NCBI RefSeq assembly: GCF_009914755.1
Contig: NC_060926.1
Strand: one strand, 5' to 3'
Length of the DNA stretch: 64,000 nt
Source of the DNA: the human T2T-CHM13v2.0 reference genome, Homo sapiens
Shown: piece after piece, positions 38,750 through 53,685 of the stretch
Layout of the letters: each line of letters opens with the position of its first letter
Numbering within the stretch: position 1 is the stretch's first letter
Notes under the pieces: generated by a model
The model's input: the letters and a program-made list of their open reading frames with translations, nothing else
The model's database searches: none
Told to the model about the DNA's origin: nothing
Position numbers and translations under genes: made by a program

Positions 38750-39191
38750 TAGGAAGAAGGGGAGGCAACATGAATGTCAGTAAAGGATTGATACAGGGCA
38801 AGCTTGAGGACCGCACCCAAGAGCATGGACTCAAGTTGCCTGAATCTACGCTCAGATTAGCCACAGTTCCGAGTGGACTTTTAAAGGAAAAGGGGAACAG
38901 AGAGTGGGCTGATGCAAAGTTGTTGGTCAGGAATCTTACTGGCTTACAGGAACAGTACTAAGTAGTGATTGGCTACACATTGTTAGTCGACAGGATATGG
39001 GTTATAACGTCCAGCACAGCATTATTAGGTTAATTCATAGCAACCTGTAGCAAAAGCAGGCCGCTTTGAGAGACGGGTGCACAGCTCAAGGGAAGGAGAA
39101 GTGGGGACTGGTTGCTGTCTCCTTTTAATGTCTCTCTGGGGCTGGTAATGAAAAAGACTTGCATTCCTCACATAAAACTTTTCTTTTCTCA
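38750..39191 (-). mobile_element. MER4-group ERV1 solo LTR
   Basis: Ends GACTTGCATTCCTCACATAAAACTTTTCTTTTCTCA, i.e. TGAGAAAAGAAAAG...GAGGAATGCAAGTC start on the minus strand. Confidence 0.7.
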
Positions 39192-39534
39192 CCTATTTAA
39201 TTGTCATTTCTTCTTTCTGCCACTTCTTCCCCTCTAGGTGTGCTTTTCTTCTTACTGGAGCTATCCTTTAGTTGTTCTTTTTTATGAGCAAGCACATTTA
39301 GTGTGTCTGAAAATGCTTTTCATATTGCCCTCAACTTTGAATGAAAGTCAGCGTGGTACAGCATTGCAAGCCTGTTCTTAACCCACTGAAGACACTCCAT
39401 TGTCTTCCACCTTCAGCTGTCCTGTGGTTGGTAATGGGAAAGTCGCTTTAATTGTTGTTCTTTCTTCGTAGGTTATCTGGGATTCGCTCTCTCTCTCTCT
39501 GTCTCTCAGCTTTCATGATTCTGTTTGTCCTTAA

Positions 39535-39854
<320 letters not shown>

Positions 39855-41774
39855 TACTGTAGCATTCTTAGCTACATTTGTCTTTATTCATTTATTCATT
39901 CTGCTTAGGATTCAAAATGCTTTCTCAGTGTGAGGATGTGTGAAACTTATCCACTGTTGCCTCTTTAATTTTTCTGTGGTTCTGCCCCAATATTCGTATT
40001 AGTCCTAGAACAAACTGCCAACTCACCCGCACAGTTGGCTTCCCTCCAAATTAAGGATGTGGTGAAATTCTGATTATTTTATTTAGTCCTCTTTCCTTGC
40101 TCTACTTCAGGGTGGGAGGGGGCAGGCACAGTGGGAGCCATCAAGAGCTGTGCCAGACTCTGCTCCTTTACTGAGCCTCCCAGCTTCAAATGTATGAGGA
40201 AGGCTGAATGTCTGGTAGCTGCCAGTGAATGTGTTTGCTGTTTTCTACTTGTATTTTCCGTGGTATTGTGACAATCATTCAAGATTTAGCTTCTCTCCAT
40301 CACCTTCAACTTGAATTCTCCCGTGTTACTTTTATAGTTCAAAGAAAAAGTATATATGTCCTGCCTCCAACTCCTGCTAAGTTCCTTGAGGGAGAGATGC
40401 CATAACCATTATCTTTGAGTGTTCCCCTACTGACCCTAGTAGAGGACCCTAAGCAGGTCGGAAACTTGGAGAATGTGATTACCCAACTGGTGGCATTCCT
40501 AGGACTAGACACACCTGGATTCCTACCTGGGTCAGCGACGGCCAAGGTGGAGGACAAAGGCGGGCACCTGGCTCATGTGCATGTGAACGTGTGGAGTGCA
40601 AACCTGCCAAGAAAGAAAATGACAGGCTCCTTGCCCCACTCACTTCACGGCCATTCTCTTGAGAACCCTAAATGGCAGGTCAGTTCTGGTCATATGAGTC
40701 TCTTCCCCATAGGAAGTAAAAAGAGGTCGGAATGATTTATGTCACTTGATATATAACTCAACAGTGACTTCTGGCTCCTGTCATGCTGTGCTGGATCCGG
40801 TGAAGTGATTTAAAATGCCTGTGTGCAGCATAAGGAGAGGCCAGCCAAAGACGTGACTGTCTTGATCAGAAACGGAAGGTGAATCACTTTACATTGGAAA
40901 GATACATGAGCGTTCATAGCATGTTTGATTCGCTGTGAAGACCATGTATAAACACACACATACACATGTGTACACATACACACATACCCCACATTCTCCA
41001 GGAAATTTGAGTATAGTCAAGAGTTTCATGGCTCAGAAATTAACTGGAATAATTTCTTCTGCTAAGTTGTATGAATTATATTTCAAGTAGTGTTCCCTGG
41101 CTCTCAGTCTTCTCTACATGCTAAGTGCAAAAAGAAAAATTATAATCAGTGTTCCTTCAAGTTATTTTCCCAAACTGAAGGGCACTGAGTGATTAGCATT
41201 AACATCCCATAAACATAATCCATTGTATTAGACTACAACTACATTTATCTTTTTATTGGACAGTTTTACCAGGAAATGTACCTTTTCGGAAGTCAGGAGG
41301 TCTGAGCTCCTCATCCTATCTCTAGGCTATAGTTTCCTTATCAGAAAATGGAGTCTTTGGGCTGAGAGATTCCTCTGGCTCCCCCGTTGCTATGCTCTGA
41401 GGGTCTGCTGATGTGCTCTCACGGACATCAAGAGATCAGTCAGTTCTCATTTCCACTGTCCAAGATGTTGAAATGAAAATCCCCTTATTATGGAAAATGC
41501 CATCTCCCTGTTGACTGCGGGTATCTTGTGTTTCTTTAACAGCTGAAAACAAGAATAATTGCAACAATAGCATCCTTCCCTCATAGGCACTGACAATGCC
41601 TCACGCACAGTAAGAGCACAAGCTAAATAAAAATGCATTCTCCATGTAATGGCGGCATGTTCCTTCTTCCCTTTGTTCAACACTTGTGTTATAATTACAA
41701 TATTCCCAGCTGTGTTCTAAGTGCTGTGGGAAGTACAGAGGTGCCCTCACATGTCCCATGTCCTCCCCGTAATT

Positions 41775-41910
41775 TGAGCGTCTAGACAGCATGGCTTGCC
41801 TGGGACAGTCCCAGACTCCACCTGCTGTTCAGGAGTACTTATCAGCAGCACTCTCACTCCCTCCCAAAGAGTCTCAACTCGGACAGTCACTTAGATTGGT
41901 ACCTTACCTT
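41775..41910 (+). mobile_element. MER94-like hAT-Blackjack MITE
   Basis: GGCTTGCCTGGGACAGTCCCAG...CACTCCCTCCCAAAGAGTCTCAACTCGGAC...GGTACCTTA. Confidence 0.5.
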
Positions 41911-42199
41911 GAGGAAACTGACAATCTAGAACGGGAGCCAACAGACGTATGACAGTGATTCTGATACAAAGCCTAAAGCACAAACCGCCCCAGGAGAATG
42001 GAGAGATGGCGCTGGGCATGCAGGGAAGGGGAGATGTTTCCAGCCCAGGGCGCAGGAAGATGGTGGACCCTGAGGATGTCCACCTCAGACAGAAGCCATT
42101 CGGCAGAGGCAGGGATGGAATCAAGCGTGAGTTCCAAGGTCTGGTCAGCTTCAGTGACACAAGGAAACGTGACCTGTAGCTGTGGGGAGGTGTGGACCA

Positions 42200-42345
42200 T
42201 TCTCCATGCCGAGTCAGAGACTGGGATGGAAGCTGGGATCCATGAAACTCCTCTTTGCCTCACTCTCCTCTCCTAGCAAGTGGGAACGATAGCTGTCCCC
42301 AGCCTCCATGGGTCCTTATGAGGAAATGAAGCAAACAACGTGCTT
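42200..42345 (+). mobile_element. MIR fragment
   Basis: CTCTTTGCCTCACTCTCCTCTCCTAG...GGGTCCTTATGAGGAAATGAAG...GTGCTTAGAG. Confidence 0.45.
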
Positions 42346-43419
42346 AGAGGGGAACCGATGGCAGCTGTGAGTTTAGAGAGATGTTTCTCGGGCACCTGGT
42401 GCCTGGGGGTTGGTAGGCAAGACAAGAAAAGTGGTTCTGCCAAAAAAAAAAAAAGAGAGAGAGAGAGAAATGAGCAGAGAAGCAGGCAGCTCCCTCTACA
42501 TTTTTAGGTGTCATATAAACTACCCATGTCATCAGTGCTTCCAGAAACCTGGCATGCAGTAGGTACTAAGTAAATGCAAATGTGATTGAATACCACCATC
42601 ATAATATGCAAATCTAAACCAATGGTGTGGCATGGGATTTCGGAGAGAGAAGAACCTGAGAGTCGAGGAAACCCAGGCTCAGGAAGGCTGCCCCAGGCTC
42701 TCGACGCTGGAGGGTGTCAGAGGCAGCCACATTCCCTGGGGTCTTTGCCACAGCACACAGGCTTATGTGACTTTCAAGTGTGTAAAGTCACACGATTTCC
42801 AGAGCCTTTTTTTTTCTTTTTTAGAGAAAAATAATTCAGTTGCCCTGTATCCCAGTCTTCCTAGAGTTCTGACACTTCGATTTTCATAACATTTATCTTA
42901 GCCTCAAAGTGTTGTGTAGCATTAAATACATGTGTGATTACCATGAATTGCAATTAACTTTGTTTTGAAAACTTCCAACCTCCTTTGGGATAGTTCAAGG
43001 CATGGTAGGGGTTAGGAATCGTTTCTCTAGCCCTCCACTAATTCTCCCAGAAGGTGTGAAATGCATGAGAATGCAACTCAAGTCATTTTAGCATCCGGAT
43101 CTGGGAACACTGCTCTGAGGCATCACATAAAACCCTGCCCAGGGTGTGTGAATGATCTGTGTGTGTGCACTCAGAGCTGAAGGAGGTAGGAATGGTGCAG
43201 AAGCCCATGTCAGAGCTGCAGAACGGGGCTGGGGGGTGGTGAGGGATGGCTGCTCAAGACAGGGAGACAGAAAGACGTGATGAAAGGGATGTGGGATGAT
43301 TTTAGCCTCGGGCATAAGGCAGAAAGCTCCAATTTCTCACCAAGATTGTATCATTTATCCCTGAATTGAAAATTTTCACTAAACATATCAAAAAGGAGAG
43401 GCAGGAATTAGCCAATTTT

Positions 43420-43770
43420 AATAAATAATTATTGAGCACCTTCTTTGTGCCAGACACTGTCTTAAGTGCTGGGCTGGAGAGAGTTACTGGGGGAAATATA
43501 AAGATAAATAAGTCATAATCTGTATCCTACAGGAGCCTCTGCTGCTCGCATGTATAATTCAAGACAGATGTGCTAAGTCTTAAAAGAGGAGGAAGTGTTT
43601 ATCCCCGACTGAGCTATGTCAGGGAGAACAAGGCATTTCATCTGGATCCTGAAGAAAAGAAGAAGACTCAACTCGTAAACGGGCGAGGAGAGTAGAGACT
43701 CTGCAGACACAAAGAGCAGCAGAAGCAGAGGCAACAAACCAGGAAAGGGAGGGTGGGTTGCCAGGACAAT
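43420..43770 (-). mobile_element. L2 3' end
   Basis: AATAAATAATTATTGAGCACCTTCTTTGTGCCAGACACTGTCTTAAGTGCTGGG. Confidence 0.75.
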
Positions 43771-43870
43771 TGGTGACCTGGTTAGTGGAGCAGAAGCTTG
43801 TGAGAGGGTGCAGTGAGGGACGAACTCACCAAGCAGGACTCGCCTCTGACTCCCCTGCCACAGCCACAGG

Positions 43871-44355
43871 CACACTCACACACACTCACAAATGCACATT
43901 CACTCATATGTACAATCGCAATTGCACACTCACACATACAAGTGAACCCACACACACCTATCACACGTGCACACATTCACAAACGCACTTACACATACAC
44001 ATACTTGCCAATGACACACATACACACAAATGCACACACGTGCACACAAATGAATCCACACATGCTTGCATATCACACATGCACACAGTCACAAATGCAC
44101 ATACACACAAATGCATATTCACCCATACACACACTCACAAATGCACACTCACATGCACTCAAATGAACTCAGTGCTCACATCACATGTGCACACTCACAA
44201 ATGCACACTGTTGCACATGTGCACACATACCCTCTCACATGCACACGAGAATGCCTGCACACACTCACACTCTCTCACATGCTCACATGCACACACTTAC
44301 ATCCACATGCTTACACACACACACGCTTATGCACACACGTGCACATGCACACACC
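43871..44355. repeat. degenerate (CA)-rich simple repeat
   Basis: About 485 bp of CACA/TGCACA units with recurring CACTCACAAATGCACA. Confidence 0.95.
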
Positions 44356-45049
44356 TTCTACAGTGGGGAGAGCTGCAGCCTCCCAAGGAGTCAGGCTCCC
44401 TGCCCTCCCTTGTCAGTGCCAGCAATCTCGTAATACAGGCTAGGGCAGAAAAAGCAAGATTTCTGTGGGCATCATAAGGAGAAATCCTGGTTGATGAGAG
44501 TTGAAATGAAAATCTTAGGCACCCCTGAAGACGGTCTTGGGCAGGAGATTAATCCTCACAGTGCTAGACGTGCCCACTTTGTAGAGACCTAAAGAGAACC
44601 AAACAGCAACCAGCATGACACAGCCCTTCCACACATCTTTTCCACCCCAATTAGAGTCTCAGAACTCACCGCTCCCTCCTTAGTATTGAATGCCTGCTCA
44701 CAGCATGCAGAGACTGTGAGTGACAGGGAACATAAGGAGAAGTGATGACACTGAGGCAGGAGCACATGGCTGAGACAGAGAGCCCTCCGGGGTCCAGGCT
44801 GCACAGCTCCCTGCCTCTGAGTATCACCTGGGCTGTGGGACCCAACCCCCAGGGCCAAGCCCAATTTTCCATATTCTTCCTCCTTTGTTGTGTGACCCTG
44901 TATGGCTGGGACCTACACTGGAGGACTCTTGTAGATGTTATGGCTACTGATGCTACTCAAAAGCCTAGACGCTTGAATGGAGGTACGTTCACTAAGGAAA
45001 TTTAGTGTGTGTTTTAAACTCCTCCTACTTGCCCCCACCTCCCACACAA

Positions 45050-46065
45050 AACAGGTCCAGATAAGTATAAACACCCTTTTCCATACATTCAAGAACAGAA
45101 TACACAAACCATGAAAACACAAATGATTTCAGGCAAGTATTGGAAAAAGAGAAATATAAGAAAGGAAAAATATAAGCCAATCTCACATGTAAATACAAAA
45201 GGCTGAATAAAATATTGCCAAACTAAATATGAAAGTATATTAAAAGATATCAAATAAGGTTTATATCAATATATAATGCAGGGATGGTTTACATTATGAA
45301 GATATTATTGTAATTTACCACATTAAGATATTAAAGGAGAAAACACTTATAATCATCTTAACATATGCAGAACAAATTGATAAAATTCAAAACCCATTAG
45401 TGATATTTTAACTTATTGAGGGAGAGAGTCAGAGAGAGAGAGAGAGAGAAAGAGAGAGACCTTCCATACTAGGAGAAAGGATAGCAGTTCATAAGCCAGA
45501 ACAAACATATTTAATGTTGAAACTTCAAAGTCAGGAAGAAGCTAGTGCTTGCACATCTTTTTCTTACATAGAATTAGCCTTATATAAAAGGTTCTAGGCA
45601 TCTCAATAACAAAAGAAAAAGATAACTGAAAAAGAATAAAATTGAATTGTCATTATGCATAAACATATGATTATCAAGATAGAAAATGTCTTCAATTTCC
45701 AGTCACCATATTAGAACTAACAGAAAAGTTCAGCAAAGTCACTGGCTGCAAGGTCAATATAGCAAAATCAGTTATACAAGCAAGAAACATAGAAAAGTAT
45801 AATTTTTTAAAGACACCATTTAGTTCTCAAAAAAATGATTTGGATTTCTAAAAACGACCCAGAAGCCAGATTGAAGAGAGTCCATTAACTGAATTTGGAT
45901 CAATTTAAACATCAAAATAAATAATAAAGAATGAATTGTAATTCTTTAAATCTATTTTTTTAAGAAAAGAATCCATTAATCTATTCTGATACTAAAATTA
46001 CCTGAAAAGAAGGTCTTCAGGATAAAGAAATGCTAACTTATTGATGAGAAAAAAAAATTATGAAA
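45050..46065 (+). mobile_element. old L1ME fragments with (GA)n
   Basis: AATGCAGGGATGGTTTACATT...TTGATAAAATTCAAAACCCATT...AAGTTCAGCAAAGTCACTGG; host appears to resume at about 53690. Confidence 0.65.
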
Positions 46066-47947
46066 ATAGAGATCATCAAGATGGCTGGCTAGAGGCACCC
46101 AGCACTCACCTCCTTCCCAAAAAAGGACCAAAACAACAAATAGGTAACCACATGTCAAATAGAGGATCTAAAGGAGAACACTGGAATTCATCAAAGGAAT
46201 GACAAAGACCTTCCAAGGCACAGAAACTCAAGAAGACAGCACAGAGAGGGAAGCAACACAGCTGGCTGGGATCTGGGATCAACTCACAGCCATGCGGAAA
46301 TCCCTACTGTGGGGAAAATATAAGCAAGAGGTCCAAGCAGCTCTCATTTTCATGACAGACACCTGCAATGCTGGCTGCAGGAGAGCCCCTCAGCCTTCAC
46401 AAGCCCTGAACCCAGTATAAGAAGGTGCCTGGAGTCCATGCTACGGCATTGTCCCAGAAAGGGAATCCACACTGGGACACCCCCCATTCCCAGGCCCACA
46501 GGACCCAAACTGCTGCAGTAGGGTACCATTGTGAGAGCAGAGTCCAGAGTCCATCTTGCCCTGGGGGTTAATAGCCCCTGCATGTCCACATCCCTGGGGC
46601 CCAGCTGACATTCCCCCACCCCCACCCAGAGGGCTACAACATTGCAACACCAGCAGAACTCAGTGATACAACCCCGGTGTTGGGTCTCTGGCACTCAAGT
46701 CCACACAACACCCTACATTGCAGGTAATAAGTGGTCCAGCACATCAGGGAGGCTGCTCCCAGGACAAATATAAAGCCAAAATACATGCTTCCCAGAGCCT
46801 GAGATTCACCTTCCTGGGTCTGCAGCTGCCAATAGCAACCTTGCCTCTCTAGCAGCAAGGTCATCACACACCTGTGCATTCCACCCATGAATATGAGTAC
46901 CAGCCTGCTTTGACCTCCCCCACCCATTGCTGCCACCACCAGTGCCTGCATGTGCCATTCAGGGACCTAAGGACTGGCCCACCTGATGTCCCTGTCCCCA
47001 GCAAAAATGCCCCACAGAAAGAAATGCACAAATGCAGCCTAAGACACTGATGAACTCACAGACACTGCTGATATTAATTAGAGCCAAAGAAATCTCACGG
47101 AGATAATACCACTGCATCTACCCAGGACCAAAGCCATAGCACTCTACCCAAACAACAGTATAGACAGATCTACAAGAAAAAGTCTTTCCCTACAAAAGCT
47201 ACTCCATAAAACTTGATGAGTCAACTGTTACACTAGATGCATCTAGATGCACTAGATTAATGTAAGGACAAAAGAAACAAAAAAGGAAGGAAACATGACA
47301 CCTTCAAGGAACACAATAATTCTCCAGTAACATACCCCAAAGAAAAGAAGATATATGAAATGCCTGAAAAGGAACTCAAAATAATGATCTTAAGGAAACT
47401 CAGTGAGATGGAAGAGAACACAGGTAGGCAGTACAAAGAAAAACAATTCATGAAAAGAAAATAATTCAAAATCAAGGAGATAGATATCATAAAAATAATA
47501 AAACAGAAATCATGAAACTGAAGAATTCAATGAAGGAAATTCAAAATACTGTTGAGAGCTCCAACAATAGACTACATCAAGCAAAAGAAAAAAGTTCTGA
47601 ACTTGAAGATAGATAGTTTATCTTTTGAATAATCCAGTCAGACAATTAAAAAATGATTAATTTTAAAAGGATGAAGAAAGCCTACATGACACATGAGACA
47701 CCATAAAGTAAACTAATATTCACATGTGGGAGTTCCAAAATTATCAGAGATGGGAAAATGCAAAGAAGAACTATTTCATGAAAGAATAGCTCCCAAGTAT
47801 TGGGAGAGATAGAGACATCTAAACATAGGGAACTCAAAGCATCCCAAAAACATTTATCCCCCTGAAAAAAGTCCTCTTCAAAACCAGCAAGAGAAAAGCT
47901 TCCAGTCACATATAAGGGAATCCTCATCAAACTAACATTAGATTTGC

Positions 47948-48312
<365 letters not shown>

Positions 48313-51300
48313 TGATATATTCAAAGTGCTGAAAGAAAGCAACTGCTAATCAAGAATACTATGCCCAGCAAATCTAACCTTCAGATATGAAGGAGAAACA
48401 AAGTCTTTTCTAGACAAGCAAAAACCAAGGAAAGTCATCACCATTAGACCATCCCTACAAGAAATGTTTAAGAACATCCCACACCTGGAAGCAAAAGGAT
48501 ATCGATCATCATAAAAACACATGAAAGTATAAAACTCACTGGTAAATCAGATACACAAATGAGAAAGAGAAAGGAATCAAACAATATCACTATAAAGAAA
48601 AAACCCCATCAAACCAAAAAGATAAAAAATAAGAGAGGAATAAAGGAACAAAGGGTATACAAAACATGTGGAAAACAATTAACAAAATGACAGGAGTAAG
48701 TCCTCATAACAATCACAGCCCTGAATGTAAAGAGTTTAAATTTCCCAATTAAAAGATATATACTGGATAAATGGATAAAAACAAGACCCTACTATAAGCT
48801 GCCCACAAGAAACTCACATTACCTGTAAAGACACATATTGACTGAAAGTGAAAAGATAGAAAAAGGTATTCCATGCAAATGGAAACCAAATGTGTGCAGT
48901 AGCAGCTATACTTATTTCTTACAAAATATACATTAAGTTAAAAAAATAAAAAGAGACAAAGAAGGTTATTATATAATGGCAAAGGTATCAATTCACTAAG
49001 AAAATAAAAAATTGTAAATATATATTCACCAGTACTGAAGCACACAGACATTTAAAACCAATTTTATTAGCGCTAAAAAGAGAGGTAGACACTAACACAG
49101 TAAGAGCTGGGGGACATCAACACCCAATTTCAGCATTGGACAGATGATCCAGGCAGAAAATGAACAAAGACACTTTGGACTTAAACAGTATGGTAGACAT
49201 AATGGACCTAGCAGATATTTACAGAATGTTTTATCTGACAGCTGCAAAAATACACATTCTTCTCATTGATCCATGGAAGTTTCTTGAGGATAGACCATAT
49301 GTTAGATCACAAAGCAAGTTTCAAAAAAAATTTTTAATAAAAATAATATCAATTATCTTCTCAAGCCACAGTGGAATAAAACTAGAAATCACTGACAAGA
49401 GGAACTTTGGAAACTATACAATTACATGGAAATTGACATGTATTTGTCAATGTACGTGCTCCTGACTAACCAAATGGTCTATGAAGAAACTAAGAAGGAA
49501 ATAAAAAAAGTCTTGAAACTAATGAAAATAAAAATGCAACATACCAAAACCTTTGAGATACAAACAAAAGCAGTACTAATTGGAAAATTTATAACAATAG
49601 CACCTACATCATAAAAGCAGGAAGATTTCAAATAAATAACCTAACAATGCATCCCAAGAAACTAGAAAAGAAAAACAAAACCCTAAAAGAGTAGAAGGAA
49701 AAAAATAATAAAGATCAGAGAAGAACTAAACAAAACAGATACGAAAATACCCACAAAGATTAATGAAACAAAAAAGTCTTTTTGAAACTAGACAAGTCAT
49801 TAGCTAGACTAAGAAAAAACAGAAAAAAACTCAGATAAATAAAATTATAAACAAAAAAGGAGACATTACAACTAATACCACAGAAATACAAAGGATAATT
49901 AAAAATTATTAGGAACAACTATACACCAACAAATTGGAAAACCTGGAGGAAATGAATAAATTCCTGAACAGATATAACCTACAGAGATTGAACCCAGAAG
50001 AAACAGAAAACCCAAACAGACCAATAATAGCAGAGATGGAATCAGTAATTAAAAAAAAAACTTTCCCAATAAAGAAAAGCCCAGAACTAGATGGCTTTAC
50101 TGTTGAATTCTACCAAATGTATAAAGAAGAATTAACATCGATTCTACTCAAATTATTCCAAAAAAAATGGAAGAGGAGGAAATTTTTTTCTAACTCATTC
50201 TATGAAGCCAGCATACCAAAACTAGACAAGAACACAACAAAAAAGAAAACTACATGGCAATATCCCTGATAAACATAGATTCAAAAATCCTCCAAAAATA
50301 CTAATAAACCAACTCTAACAGCACATCAAAAAGACAATCCACCATGACCAAGTGGGATTTATTTCAGCGATGCAAGGATGGTTCAACATACACAGATGAA
50401 TGCATGTGATACATCATTCAACAGAATGAGGAACAAAAACCATATGATCATATCAATGGATTCAGTAAAAAGAATTTAATAAAATTCAACATCCCTTCAT
50501 GATAAAATCTCTCAACAAATTAGGTATAGAAGGAACATACTTCAACACAAGAAAAGCCATATATGACAAACCCACAGTTTACATCATACTGAACAGAGAA
50601 AAGCTGAAAGCTTTTTCTCCGAGAATTGAAACTAGACAAGGATGCCCATTTTTACCACTCTTATTCAGCATAGTACTGGAAACCCTTGACAAAATAATTA
50701 GATGAAAGAAAGAAAATAAGATCATCCAAATTGGAAAAGAGTAAGTTGAATTGTTTGTCTTTGCAGAATACATGATCTTATATGTAGAAAGACCTAATGA
50801 CCCCACCAAAAAATTCCTAGACTTGAAAAATGAATTCAATAAAGTTGCAGGATAAAAAATCAACAGACAAAAACAGTAGCATTTGTATACATCACTAATG
50901 AACTATCTGAAAAACAAATAGAAATCAATCCCATTTACAATAGTTACAAAATAAAATACAATACTCAGGAATAAACTTAACCAAAGAGGTGAAAGATTTA
51001 TACTGATGAAAAAAATTAAAGACACACCAAAATTGGAAAGACATCCCCTTCCCATGCATTGAAAGCATTAATACTTGAAAGAATCAAAAGAATTAATTGA
51101 AAGAATTAATTAAAATTACCCTACTACCCAAAACAATCTACATATTCAATGCAATTCTTATTAAAATACAAATAACATTCTTCACAGAAATAGAAAAAAA
51201 ACTTTAAAATTTGTATGGAACCACAAAAGATCATCATACATAGGCAAAGCAATACTGAGCAGAAAAAAAAAACTGGAGAAATTATACTCCCTAACTTCAA

Positions 51301-51697
51301 AATATACTACAAAGCTATACTAATTAAAACAGTATGGTACTGACATAAAAGTAGACACATAGATGAATGAAACAGAATAGAGAATCCAGAAATAAATTTA
51401 TATATTTACAGCCAACTGATCTGCAACAAAGGTGCCAAGAACATACAATGGGGAAAGAATTCCCTTTTCAATAAATTGTTCTGGGAAAACTGGATAGCCA
51501 TTTGAAGATGAGAAAAACTAGACCCCTATCTCTCACTATATAGAAAAATGAACTCAAAATGGATTAAAGCTTTAGATGTAAGTCCCAAAACTATTAAATA
51601 CTAGAAGTAAACGTAGAAGAAATGCTTCAGGACATTGGTCTAGGCAAAGGTTTTATGGGTAAGACTTCAAAAGCACAGGCAACAAAAATAAAAAATA

Positions 51698-51797
51698 TTA
51701 GGTTGGTGCAAAAGTAAGTGCAGTTTTTGCCATTTAAAAGCAAATGGCAAAAGTAAACTAAATGCCAAGAATTGCAATTACTTTTGCACCAACCTAA
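51698..51797. mobile_element. MADE1 (Hsmar1 MITE), 100 bp with expanded centre
   Basis: TA-TTAGGTTGGTGCAAAAGTAA...TTACTTTTGCACCAACCTAA-TA; both TIRs and TA TSD. Confidence 0.95.
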
Positions 51798-52759
51798 TAG
51801 ATAAATGGGACTGTGTTAAAAACTTCTGCACAGCAAAGGAAACAATCAACAGAGTGAAGAGATAACTAACAGAATGGAGGAAAGTGTTTGCAAACTATTC
51901 ATCTGAGAAGGGACTAATTTCCAGAATATGCAAATAACTCAAGCAACTCAATAGCAAAAAAAAAAAAACTAATAATTTGATTTTTAAATGGGCAAAGAAT
52001 CTGAATAAATATTTCTCAAAAAAAGACATACAAATGGCCAACAACTATATGAAAAAATGCTCAACATCACTAATCATAAGGAAAATGCAAATCACCATCA
52101 CAATGAGATACCATGTCACTCCACTAAGGCTATTATCAAAATGACAAAAAATAACAAATGCTGGTAAGGATGAAGAGAAAAGGGAACTCTTATACAGTCT
52201 TCATAGGAATGTAAATTAGCACAGACATTATGGAAAACAGTATAGAAAAAAACTAAAAATAGTACTACCATATGATCTCACTATCCCACTACTGGGTAGT
52301 TTTCCAAAGGAAAGGAAATCCATGTATCAAAGAGATAGCTGCATTCCCACGTTTATTACAGCACTACTCACAATAGCCAACATGTGAAATCAACTTAAGT
52401 GTCCATCAACAGATATTAAGGAAGAAAACATGGTACAAATACACCATGGAATACTAGTTAACCATAAAAATGAATGAAATCCTATCATTCAGAGCAACAT
52501 GGATGAGTCTGGAGGACATTTTGTTAAGTAAAATAAGCCAGGCATAGAAAGATAAATACCGCAGATTCTCACTCATACGTGTAAGCTAAAAAAAAAAAAA
52601 AAAAAAAAAAAATTTGCACTCATAGACGTAAACTATTATAAACTATAACGAGAGAGTAGAGCTCTGCTTATTAGAGGCTAGGAAGGGCGAGGAGAAGGGA
52701 AGATAGGAAAAGGTTGGTTAACCAACACAAAATTACATCTAGATAGGAGGAATGAGTTA

Positions 52760-52811
52760 TTAGGTTGGTGCAAAGTAATTGCAGTTTTTGCCATTATTAG
52801 CACCAACCCAA
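52760..52811. mobile_element. internally deleted MADE1
   Basis: TA-TTAGGTTGGTGCAAAGTAATTGCAGTTTTTGCCATTATTA-GCACCAACCCAA. Confidence 0.9.
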
Positions 52812-52894
52812 TGTAATATTTTATAGCACTGTAGGATGAGTATAGTTAATAATGATTTGTTGCATGTTTTCAAAAGGCTAGAAGTGAGAATTTT

Positions 52895-53505
52895 TCTTTC
52901 TTTTTAATTATACTTAAGTTCTGGGGTACATGTGCAGAATGTGCAGTTTTGTTTACATAGGTATACAGGTTACATAAGTATACAGCTGCACCCATCAGTC
53001 TGTCACCTACATTAGGTATTTCTCCTAATGTTATCCCTCCCCTAGCCCCCCACTCCCCGGCAAGCCCCAGTGTGTGATGTTCCCCTCTCTATGTCCATGT
53101 GTTCTCATTGTTCAACTCCCACTTATGAGTGAGAACATGTGGTGTTTGGTTTTCTGTTCTTGTGGTAGTTTGCTGAGAATGATGTTTTCCAGCTTCATCC
53201 ATGTCCCTGCAAAGGACATGAACTCACCCTTTTTTATGGCTGCATAGTATTCCATGGTGTGTATGTGCCACATTTTCTTTATCCAGTCTATTATTGATGG
53301 ACATTTGGGTTGGTTCCAAGTCTTTGCTATTGTGAATAGTGCTGCAATAAACATATGTGTGTCTGTGTCTTTACAGTAGAATGATTTATAATCCTTTGAG
53401 TATATACCCAGTAATGGGATTGCTGGGTCAAATAGTATTTCTAGTTCTAGATCCTTGAGTAATTGCCACACTGTCTTCCACAATGGTTGAACTAATTTAC
53501 ACTCC
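52895..53505 (-). mobile_element. L1PA7/8-like 3' fragment
   Basis: TSD CTAGAAGTGAGAATTTT at 52878-52894 and 53506-53522; ORF 53112..53648 contains the ORF2p C-terminus. Confidence 0.95.
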
Positions 53506-53685
53506 CTAGAAGTGAGAATTTTGAATGTTTCCAATGCAAAGAAATGATAAATGTTTGAGGTAATGTCTGTGTGAATTATGTTGATGTGATCATGACATAT
53601 TGTATACATGTATAAAAACATCACTTTATATTCCATAAATATGTACAATTATTATGTGTTAACTAAAACTGAAACAAAAGAAATG

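Noticed and set aside
43758-44477. Longest ORF (239 aa, His/Thr/Cys-rich)
   Set aside because: Translation of a CA-rich simple repeat; several frames are open, with no domain or splice context.
47232-47257. Overlapping palindromes CTAGATGCATCTAG
   Set aside because: Explained by short local duplications of CTAGATGCA in the L1; too short to interpret.
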